A stretch of DNA of 64,000 nt from Parasitella parasitica NRRL 2501. Its lineage: Eukaryota > Fungi > Mucoromycota. This document shows positions 39,085 to 50,154 of this stretch, in pieces (the first letter of the stretch is position 1; every line of letters begins with the position of its first letter). The stretch covers positions 252,495 through 316,494 of the forward strand of contig MU619255.1 of NCBI GenBank assembly GCA_025201805.1, given 5' to 3'. A program made the translations under genes and the position numbers. A model generated the notes under the pieces. That model had not been told where the DNA came from. It made no database searches and saw only the letters and a list, made by a program, of their open reading frames with translations.

Positions 39085-40075
39085 AGGATGGAAGCTTTCT
39101 GTACGTTTTTAATTTTGTTAACTCATCGCTTGCAATGTTAGGGAGATGCGTTCTCAAACATAGTAACTTTTATAGACAGGTTTGACATCAAGCTGCTCAG
39201 AGCGTCAAATCGCTTGATTGAAATGATGCCCTCCTAAGCGTATTTTGTTGCTATTAAGAAAGAGTTCAGCGCATATAAAATTCAATCAAGCAAGATCGTC
39301 TATAATTGTTGGTGTGCAGACGCATAAATGGCAGATGTATGGGGTGTAGATGAAAGCGACATCGGACGAAATGACCAGTGGGACTCCACTTCTATGAACA
39401 GATCTTACTTGACAGGCCTCCTAAGAAGGCTCATGCGATAACTTGGCTAGCTTCTCAAGAGAGGAGACGCTTTTACCTGCATAGAGACTCGTTATAACCT
39501 ACAGAATAACTGAAACGCAAGGTCTTCCCCGGTGTGAGGATATGGCAAGACAGAATCGCTGCTGGAATTGCTCAGAAGTCTACGACCGCTGAAGCTTCTA
39601 GTTTCTTTCAGCACAATCTTGCTGCAAGACTCTGTGATCATGCAAAGAGACCACCCTAATCATTACCTGTGGGAGCACAACCTATTCCAGGATTCTTTGT
39701 ATGTAAAGTTTAGAGGGTAAGTTAGATTGTATCAATTATTAAGTACGCATAGCTCTAAACTAAATATTTTGGTTCATATGTTTAGTTAACTTATTGCTCA
39801 TGAAAACAATGATCCTTCAGCATGTAATTACGTTCTGTGGTACCCCATATTGTACAAAGGCTATTAACATTGGAATCAGCATGAACGCCACTCAACCAAA
39901 CAACAAGATGGATGAGATCTTGAATCACATTAGTGGTATCTCAACTGGGCGCGCCCTGTTGAATATCAACATCACCATTCCAGCCGATGGAGATTACCAA
40001 GTTTCTAAGATATCAACAACTGTCCCTCCCTCCAACGGCGTCACTGCTGTGGATATTGCTGAAACGCATTGACTT
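39085..40075 (+). mobile_element. Degenerate Crypton-type tyrosine recombinase (NDC10-II-like domain) relic
   Basis: Manual translation through stops: FDIKLL...SSK...MADVWGVDESDIGRNDQWDSTSMNRSYLTGLLRRLMR...FYLHR...KVFP...ILLQDSVIM..HPNHYLW...F, matching the Crypton/NDC10-II motif order. Confidence 0.72.
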
Positions 40076-40906
40076 CAACTTGATAGGTCAGTTGACTACT
40101 TGAGCAGGCATCAGGATTCCAACTTTGCAGACGAGTAGTTCGTTTTCGTATTTCATTAGTTTCTTTGTCAAACCTTCTTCCTTCTTTCGTTATTGTTAAG
40201 AAAGCTTGCTGTTATTTAATTAATTATTACTTGATCAACTTTTAAATGAAATTATCAACTTGATCCGTTTACTCACTTCATCAGTTTTGTTTATCGAAAT
40301 AGTTTACTTTCATATATCGAATATTATCATTTTCGTAATATTCAATAAAACCTGTATTTGATAACTATCATCGAGAGATAAATCAATTCCGTAATATTTA
40401 ATAAATCTTGCTCTTATATGTTATTATTTATATTCTATTCAAGAATAAATTCGTTTAAAAATTAGGATACCAATCGCATCCCCTGACCATGTATTGATAT
40501 ACTTTCGCATTTGATTAGTTGCTATCAGTATTATGCTGGTGTCCCGCTGTTATGTCTTTTTAGTTGCGAAACTCACTCCAATTCAACATAAATGTATTAC
40601 GCCTCTCATAGCTCAAGCTATGGTATAAGTAAATCTATCAACCAGCTCAAGCAGATTGTCTTTCAGATGAATCGTGTGCAGACATGTTGGTTTTAATGTT
40701 AGTTGATAAATGTATAAAGAATCTTAACGTAAAGATAAATAATAATTTTTTTTACCTCGTATTTCAATCAATTGAAAACTACACACAAACTGACTCGAAA
40801 TTAGTGAGTATCCTATGTCTACTGTACTCTATAAATTGTATGTGCTTATGAGTCAGATGGATTAATCCCTACGAACCACCCATGTTTACAAACTTTATAA
40901 AAAATT

Positions 40907-40978
40907 TTCCCCAACGGGGAATTGAACCCCGGCCGCGTCGGTGAGAGCGACGAATCCTAGCCACTAGACCATTGAGGA
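40907..40978 (-). tRNA. tRNA-Glu (CTC)
   Basis: Acceptor TCCTCAA/TTGGGGA, anticodon arm CGTCG-CTCTCAC-CGACG, T-arm CGGGG-TTCAATT-CCCCG, downstream T-run. Confidence 0.95.
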
Positions 40979-41929
40979 TATTACATATTGATACGTGCCG
41001 TAAATTAATTATGATCAGATTACCAAAAAAGAAAGCACGTGATATGAGAAGATATACCAGATGTAGTCTGTCCAAGAACTCGGTACCTGAGACATTAAAA
41101 GTAGAAGTTGATCTTCAAATAAACATTGAGCTTTTCTTTCGTAATTTGCTTTTAATAATTGTTGCCTATTCCAATTGAAGAACAGATCACAGAAACACAG
41201 TAAATCCTTAGGAACAACTACTTAAATCAAATACGAATATCCTTTGTACAAACATTTCGTCTCGGCAATTCGAACTTAGAAGAACAAATTGCTTCATAAA
41301 AAAAACCAACTCATTTCACAACTTACCAGCACAAACGTATCAATTTTGTAAGGTGTAAAATTTAATTCTAATTAACTAGTAGGCATAATATAGAGGAAAA
41401 GTATGTGACATACACAATCAATGCTCGGGCAAATGCTGGATAAGAGAGAATATAGCAGACTTTGATTAACAGAATAAAGATGATGTTTATTTAATAAATT
41501 TCATGTTATGTTTACACTAATTGTAGCTGTTTCCAAAAGTTTCCATGGTTTTGTATTTGTCTATCTTAATTTCTAGGAACTACTATTTATTTATAGTATA
41601 AATAAAGCTTATTATTTTCTGCCTTTCACTTACCTGATTCTTCTGTATTGTTGGTTTTAAGGAATTTGTTGCATTTGAGGATAGTTCACATTTATAAAAG
41701 TAATGAATGTTTACTGTAATAAAAGAAACAAGAAAGCCTTGTATAGTGAATTTTCCAGTTGTTGCACAATGTATACTATTCAATTAGTTATCTAACTACT
41801 AGTAGTAATTACATGTATGAGAGTAGCTAGCTTGTATGGAAACTAAACAGGTTATTATTAGTAGAGATGTTACTTATGACATTTATATATAAAAGATTAT
41901 TAAGAGTGGTTCATGAATTGGAAAGACTC

Positions 41930-42480
41930 AGACCTAGTGTTATCCATGTTGTTATGAAAAAACCACCACCTAAATAGCAAAGAGGCCCAAAAATTCAAAG
42001 AAAAGAGGAAGCTGGCAGTAGGCAAAGAGCAAAGAGCCTAGCATAGAGTATGTTGATGTTGAGGAGAGGACCACTATCGAAAACAACAAGCTAGGAGCAA
42101 AGGATGCAACTAATGCTCATTTTGTGAAATTCATGAATGGGCTTCTGAATATCATGGATATAAATGAGAATCATATGGGCAGTTATCTTGTAATGAATAA
42201 TAACTGTACTATTCATAAATCTCATTCAATGATAAGAAAAATTGAGAGTAAAGGTTATAGAGTAGTGTACATATTTCCTTACTTGCTAGAGCTAAACCCA
42301 ATTGAGCAGTTTTGCGCTCTTTTCAAAGGAAAAATGAAGAGCCACAGGTTGATGATTGAGGAGAATCTATCATAAAGAATTGCTGACGCATGTAACAATT
42401 CACGCTTCAGCGATCTCCAGGGATTCTGTGGAAAGTACAAGCGCCAAATTATTAGCTGCTATAAGAAGACAAACTTCTAA
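41930..42480 (+). mobile_element. Degenerate Tc1/mariner (IS630-Tc1, DDE_3) transposase fragment
   Basis: VIHVVMKKPPP...AHFVKFMN..., LVMNNNCTIHK (decayed VMDNAxIHK), YIFPYLLELNPIEQF (decayed LPPYSPELNPIE). Confidence 0.85.
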
Positions 42481-44217
42481 TAAAGCTGCTTACTTTAATA
42501 CAGTGCGCCCGCCGTCAGTTGGACAAATTTTCGAAAAGGCTGGTCAGATTTTTGCTTCAATGCAGAGATGTTTTAAAGAGACTGATTATTAAGATAATTT
42601 TGAATATTTTATTTTATATTTATACTAACTGTAAACTGATTCTAAAAGGGGCCATGGTTTTGTATTTGTTCATCTTGCTTTCTAGAAATCGCTATTGATT
42701 TATATGAGGACGTTAAATAAGCTACATAATATAATCATACTACTTGAACCATATCTAATGGTGTCGAACCATTTTCAAATAAATGCAAACTGTATGTCTT
42801 TTAATTTGCATTCTTTCTGTTTATATTACTTTCTTCCCTTTCTCTTAATCTCTCTATTGTGCATATTTTATAGCACTTTAACTTTTTGTGAATCAAGAAG
42901 TTTGTTTTTCAATGCTGTTCAAGATGCATCAAAAACGACCAAAAATTCAGAATAGATATGCTTCTTATAATGATAGGCTTTTCATTTTCAAGAGATCATT
43001 CCTTAGGCTCAAAACCATGAGCATCAGCAGCAAGGTTTCTTCCTCTACACAGAACGAAGATTGTTTCCTTGGCTCTTTGCGTAACAAGGCTGCCAGCATT
43101 GTCGTTGCAAAGCTTCAGCGTTCTCTGTTTTCATTGCTTGAGGATGTTTCCTACAATCCAATGCTATAGTGTAAGGTACATTTTCTACTTTTTTTTAAAA
43201 AAAAATTGAAGGCTATTGACACTTAAATCAGGGTGATGTAGCAGGTTCCTAACTGGAGGTCAAATTCAAATAAATTCAATACTGAGCACAATCCAGGAAT
43301 ATATATCATCAATAGATCATGGCCATATTTAAAAACATGTTCATCGACGATAAATACAACTTTTCCCATTCTATAAATTACACCATGTCTAACGCTTACA
43401 ACTTATCCCCTCATCAGTCCACTTAGATTCACTAGTGTATAGGCCATCATTTTTCCATGTAATAAACGAGATCTTTACCTGATTAATTCAAACCGTTTTA
43501 CTTAAATAATTTCTCATTCTGATAAATCACAGGCTTAAATCAATCTCTATTGTTGGTTATGTGATAAAGTGGTGGCGTTTATATGTAATTTTTATATAAA
43601 AATTTGTGTTTTCAGTTGACAGCCTTGTAGATGTTAATATTTTCATCGATATAATATTTTTATTATTAGATAGCACTGAGCCAAGCGTATATGTACAATG
43701 TTTAGCCTCGATGACAAATATATTTCATTAGAAATAGTTTAATATATAAAAAGGATGACATTTCCTTGTCATCAATAAAACCATTAGTAATTTGTGTTAG
43801 ATTTATAAAGGCTTTTTTTTTTATATTTGAAGAATTATACTGAGCATAACAACTTAGATAAATGATAAGACTTTACTAAAGATGTTATTTCATTATTGCA
43901 GATGACGGGCATCCTCTACAAAGGCAGTTGAATCAAGTCATAATACCCAATCGGGTAAGAAACAGGCAAACTAGAGTTTGAACTCTGATACTTTGGAGAA
44001 TTTTTATTATGAACCATCAAACCAAGCACCCTCTACAGCAGCAATGAATAATTCCATTTTTTTCTACGGAAAAAAGTATCATATTGGAGGTAGGAAGTGA
44101 AGTCAACAGGAATTAGGTTAGGTACGACAAGCTATTAAGAACCAGAATTTGGTGACTCTGGAACATTGTAACCGTGATTTTTTTTTTGTATTTCTTTAAA
44201 AGCTTTTACTTATTAAT

Positions 44218-45972
44218 ATGAGCCATTTATCTGATGAAGACGACGAGTTCTTATACGGCACATCTGATGCAGTGGAAACCAAAACAAATAATCCTTCAGA
44301 TACCAAGAATGGTATATAACAATACCAAACAACGCGATTAAGATGCTTACATGATTATATGATTATATAGGTGACGATGTTGACGACCTTTACGATTTAT
44401 ACGACGACGAAAATGATCTGAAAGAGTATGTTGATTATTAGACAGTGATATTTCCTATTTGACTAATCTACATTGTTAAATAATAGAGCTGACCAGTATG
44501 TTCAAATGGTCACTTATAGAACGTAATCTAAATTTGCATATCTTGATTTTATAGAAAGGAGCCAGAGAAAGAAGCTAGTAAAGATGATACAGAAATCCAA
44601 ACTACAGACAAGATAGCAGATGATATAGCAACGACAGAAGATAAAACCTCTGCAGACGTATCAGTAGAAGTTGATCAAGATAACAACGATAATAATGATC
44701 AAGAAGAGGATGAAGACAGTGATGATGTAAGATTACTCTTCTTAATTCTAGACAGAAGCAAGTACATTCAGCTCATCTATTTTGTATCCCTAGGACTTAG
44801 AAATTATTTTGGAACCTGAGGAAGAGCCTCAACAAGAAGCGGAGGTAGAGCAAGCACAAGCGTGAGTTCATAAAAGACGTATCTTTGATACATAAATTAA
44901 CCACACTCAATTGCATATCAGGGGAAAAGCTACAATAGCCAACGAAACGAAAGAAACACCTGTAAATATCAAACCTGGTCAACAGGGCAAACCTTCTTCA
45001 GTACCTACAACATCAACATCAAATTCAAACGCTACAGGAGCCAAAGTAGCACAAGGCGGAATTAATCTCGAAGCTATAGGAGAATATAACGGTCAGCCCA
45101 TTACTGACGTCGATCTAGACAACGTAGAAGATAAACCATGGCGAAAACCAGGTGCTGATATCACAGATTATTTCAACTATGGGTTTAACGAAATAACATG
45201 GAGATCATACTGCGCAAAACAAAAGATGCTGAGAGAGAATAAAAAGGTTTGTTGCTACATCAAGTGCTTTTGGGTTCATCTAACTGTCATAACATGTAGA
45301 TGATGGGAGATATGGATATGGGAGATTTTATGTCAATGGGTATGATGATGCCCCCCGGCATGATGGATGGCAATATGCCAGGGATGCCAGGGATGCCACC
45401 TGGAATGCCTAACCCTATGATGGGAGATATGGACATGAATGACTTTATGTCAATGGGCATGATGATGCCTCCTGGTATGATGGACGGTAGCATGCCTGGG
45501 ATGCCAGGTATGCCACCTGGAAAGCCTAATCCTATGATGGGTTTGCCAATGGGTATGCCACCACCTCCCCAAGGTGGAAATCCTGGTATGAGGAATAATC
45601 GAGGTGGAGGAAATTTCAATGCCAGAGGTACCGGTCGAAACATGCCAATGAACAATAGACCAAAGAATACAGATGCAGGCAAAGATCGTGGCGGAAGAGA
45701 TAGTGGCCGTGATAGTGGTCGTGATAGCGGTCGTGATAGTGGCCGTGATAGTGGCCGTGATAGTGGCCGTGATAGTGGCCGTGATAGAGGAAGAGGCAGA
45801 GATCGTGATGATTCTGGAGATCACCATCGTTCAAACTCGTAAGTAACATCATTTTAAAAATATGATATCAATATATTTAAGCATTATTTTTGATAGACGG
45901 AAAAGACATCAAAGCGATAGAGATTCATCCTCACATGGCGATGATCGTTACGAAAAGAGATCTCGTCGTTAG
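44218..45972 (+). CDS. FIP1: Pre-mRNA 3'-end processing factor Fip1
   Basis: [10 protein letters not shown]-terminus; Fip1 motif [29 protein letters not shown]; 9-nt microexon 44487-44495; M/P/G-rich and RD-rich tail. Confidence 0.95.
45300..45533 (+). repeat. 117-bp x2 in-frame tandem duplication in FIP1
   Basis: [39 protein letters not shown] occurs twice. Confidence 0.95.
45696..45779 (+). repeat. 12-bp x7 coding minisatellite (RDSG)7
   Basis: CGTGATAGTGGC units. Confidence 0.95.
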
Positions 45973-46056
45973 CTCACAATAAATTTGTATTTATGATGGA
46001 TTTCTTTTCATTCTTTTAACATACAGAGCTCTTTTATTCGCATACTAAGCAAAACG

Positions 46057-49000
46057 TTATAATCCTCTTAACAATTCCAACTCTGCATTCAGTTCATCTT
46101 GAGCCTTTTGTTTTGTCTCTGCTTTGTCATTTACTTCTCTTATATCAATCAGAAAATCACGGATATCGTTTTGAAATCGCTGCAAGTCGCCACTGTATTC
46201 AAACATACCGGTAACGAGTACCTCAATCTGATCTTTGTGAAGCAGCGGGAAAACATTACAGAGTAAATCAAGCACATATGTCTGTAAAAACTCTATGTTG
46301 GACATGAGTGGATTGGATACTTGATCTGGATTGAATAGTCTTGTATAGATCTCTCCTTCTTGCACTATCTCAAACATACGAGCAAGGATTTGGCTTTGGT
46401 AATTGAATCCTATTGCTCATTCAGCACTAGAAATAAGAGGAACTCTTTGGAAGCTTACCGTTTCTACAGTCAGGGTCCACTAGTACTTCCAATATGTCTG
46501 TAAGTATACGTACATAGTAAGTCTCAAAGAATTGACTCGACACATCGTCTTCCATTTGAGATACCTCTCCAACCATGTGGAGACAAGTCTGAAGTGCAAT
46601 CTGTGATATTTCTCGCATAGTGTGCTTCGTACCCCACAGAATGCTATCCATGTCAATTTGAAATAATTGTGGCGTTTGGAATAAGTCTATAAAGCATCTC
46701 TTGTTCAAAACTTTTAAAAGTCGATAGAATTCATGTCGACATTCAGGATAATCTACAAAATTGGATGTAATCATTGGCAATGTAACCACATATACAATGT
46801 CTATAGTTTCCTCGAGTAAATCCGGCCATATTGGGTCCTAGGAAAGCATTTTAGCAAAAAGAAATACACCAATATTTGAGAGCACTTGTACCTGCATTTT
46901 TTCAAACAAACATGTTAATAACCCAAGCACATTTGGCTCTCGTTGTTCAGGCTTTGTCGAGTTTTTGTAGTCAACTAAAATCACCGTAATCAAACTGGTT
47001 AGCATGGACTGATCTTGAACATCTAGCTTGTCATTTGAGAGGATAAAAGTCTCGAGTAGTTCTAGGATTAATTGTCTCACACGCAAACACAATTGCACTT
47101 GTGGCCAATTATTTTGTATTTTCTGACTAATGCTTGTATAGCACTGTACTAAAACTGGCGTCAAATCCTGTAGTTGTGTTCGAAAGACGGGTCCAACAGG
47201 TTTAGAAGTCAAAATATTGACTTTTATCATACTAATCATTGCTTTTAACGAGCCAGGAGTATTCGCTACCAGCGATTGTTTGATCTGTAGTAGTGAACAT
47301 GGTTAGAATAGCCTATTTTTTTTCCTTCCAAAAGCTCTAGTCGGCTATATACCGTCTCATTAGGTGTCTCCATCAAAGTGCGTACGCACTGCTCTTGTAA
47401 TTGCACATTTGACAATGCTGATATCATGGTTCCTGCTGCTTCGTAAAACATGCATATCTAGATAATCAATGAGTGAGTAAAACGCTCAATAAATTTATGA
47501 CTTTTTATACCTGCTGTGAGTTTAATTGACTAGTTAGTTTCTTCAAATCTGCAAGCACCGTTTCCAGAACAGAGATAGAATGTTCTCCATTTGAAAGCTG
47601 ATGAGATACCACCATTTCACCTTTGCAGCTTTGACATATCTTCAAAAATGAATCACATGCCATTTCTTTGAGACCTTCTTGTGGACATTGCATGTACCAA
47701 AAAATTCTTTGCAGTAACCAAGATGTAAACGTCCAATTCGACTTTAAAAAATGTGGATACTGGCTAGCAATATATAACATGTTTGACGCCACAACCCACT
47801 GCTGATCACTATTGCCGGCACTTTCTTCTCTCTGCAAAAGATGATACATATCACCAGTCAATAGGGTCTGAAGAAATTGACTTTCTTGCGGCTCTGAAGT
47901 CGCACCCGACATCATGCCAACGGCCCAGCAAACACGAAACAGATGGTCCCACGACCAGGCAGTGTTCTCTCTATCTAATTGCAACTGCTCAAACTGCTCT
48001 CGAATCAAAGACTGGATAAAAATAGGATCGAGGCTTGTAAGCAAACCAAAGATATGTCGCATTGATTTGGATAGTGCAGTTGTATCACTCTGTTTGATGA
48101 ATTCTCGACTAATCTCGCCGTCATCATTCTCAATGACAAATACGTCGTCTGGTTTCACCATGTTTTGAATCATGGTTGAGCAAAGCTGCTTCAAAATATC
48201 ATGGTAGGGTGTGGTCTGTCCATGGTTTGCATCTTGGAGTATATCGTACGTCTAAATAAACGAATTAAAAGCTAAAATTTGACCCCTTCTAGTAATGGCT
48301 TTTACCAATTTTCCCCAGTATTCTAAACATATCTTCCATATCTCTCGCTCCGGGACCTGAGAAACCTGTAGCAAATAAACCAGCATGTCGTGTACGCTAG
48401 CCTTTCCTCCGTCTAAGCTCTCTAGAAGCGATCTGTATTTGCAAAGCATGGTTGTTAAGAAAGTAGCCAGCACTTGAATGAAATGTTGATCGTAGCTGTC
48501 TGATTCAGCATACAGCTTTGCAATGTCCGACTCTTTTGGTATAGTGCTGATTATTTCTGTATAAACAACAGTGCAGACATTGAGAATAATATCGCTATAT
48601 TGCTGACTGTCAATATGGTCTAAGCTTATGATTTCTGCAAAGCACTGAAGGACTAGGTTTCTGTGAGTGCCTTTGATCTATAAACAATCGGATCAATCAG
48701 AAGCTTCATATCTTTAATAGTTGTGCTTACGTTTGCTTGCAATAGTTGGATCAGATCTTGCTGGTACACAAATTGAACTGGGATCCAGCATATGAACTTC
48801 TGCAAAGTTTCCAAAGTCGCCTTGATTAAATGTGTGTTGGCAGTTTGCTGGGCTAATATTGATTTGCACAGATCGAAAATCGAACCAAACTCATTCACCA
48901 TTTGATCTTTTAATCTATGCATCTTGGCAACTGTCATATGATCCACTGAAAAATCGAACACTTCTTCACTATTTACTCAATGGTTAGCAAAGCGTCTGCT

Positions 49001-49708
49001 GCAGTTGACCCAGTTCTACCTAAGATATCTCAAAATTTTCATGTTATTCTCGCATAAATTCATGTTGGTTACACTAGAATCCACGATTTCTTGTATAAAC
49101 GACGGCCAATACTGTGGCCAATCTTTCTTAACAATCTGGACAAGAACAAGGTCAAGCTTATTTAAAACGGCTGATCGAAGTGTAGATTCGTTGTGAGAAA
49201 GTTGAATGATTGTCTTTACTATGTAGTTTCGCATCGCTAAAAGAACACGTGAGTTCTTTGATAAATTGATCAAATATGCTCTATACCAATTCTTTGATCC
49301 ATAGATATTGTATTCCATCTCACTTTAATGAAATCTTCTAGCACGCCAAGTGCAATAAACTAAAATAGTTATTCACAACTACGCGTGGTAATAAAATCAT
49401 CTAAAACGTACCTTAGCTTGCAAGCTGCTAGATTTTTCAAGAATTTGATCTGCTAAATGCCACGATGTTGCGTTATTCTGAAATTCTGTCAATATAGATT
49501 GTGCCTTTTGTCTCTGTTTTTGTGCCGAGTTAGCCAAACATTAGAATTGAGGGTTTCATGTTTACCTCTGCATTGTTCTTTCCCTCGTAAAATGATTGCA
49601 CTATCGAATCGAATTGTTCCACATTGAAAGGCATCTAATGCAACGAAATCTTTATCAGTTTGGCTATTACGATAATATCATAGCGTAGCGCAATCAGCTT
49701 ACATTCAT
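46057..49708 (-). CDS. Exportin-1 (CRM1/XPO1)-like protein, divergent
   Basis: LNKLDLVLVQIVKKDWPQYWPSFI, LCENNMKIL..LSEEVFDFS, acidic loop MVKPDDVFVIENDDGEISRE, MACDSFLKI, IRDFLIDIRE; many exons. Confidence 0.9.
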
Positions 49709-49848
49709 TATTGGCTATTTTCGACTTTGAATCAAAAGTAACGAAGTAGAAGAAAGGAGTTTGGAATCAAATGTTCTGGCAACTTTGCTCATAAAGCAGG
49801 CCGGGGTGTTCAAATACACTTTTTCTCACTTCTTCCATTCCATCAACA

Positions 49849-50154
49849 ATGACAAAGGACAGTCAAGACCATACATTTGTGTTCAATAAGCATAGTAATT
49901 CACCTGATACTCAACCTCATCAACACCGTTGTAATGGCCATCTTGAAGATGTGCTAGAAGGCTTCTCTCAATGGCCTTTGGATGTGTCAAAACCGTTTGG
50001 CTTATTTTTGTCTTGTTTACGATCGCAACCAGGTAATTCATATGCTGTGAAATCCATATATTTAAGGGAAAAAAAACCAACTTATCACACAATAGGTCAA
50101 GAGCCTGTTAGATATAAGTTGACAAAGGATGCTAACGAGAAAAATTTAGACTAA
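49849..50154 (+). CDS. Small hypothetical protein (~80 aa), head-to-head with the CRM1-like gene
   Basis: ATG in AACAATG context; plausible in-frame GT-AG intron 50033-50095. Confidence 0.45.
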   Translation: MTKDSQDHTFVFNKHSNSPDTQPHQHRCNGHLEDVLEGFSQWPLDVSKPFGLFLSCLRSQPGNSYAVKSIYLREKKPTYHTIGQEPVRYKLTKDANEKNLD

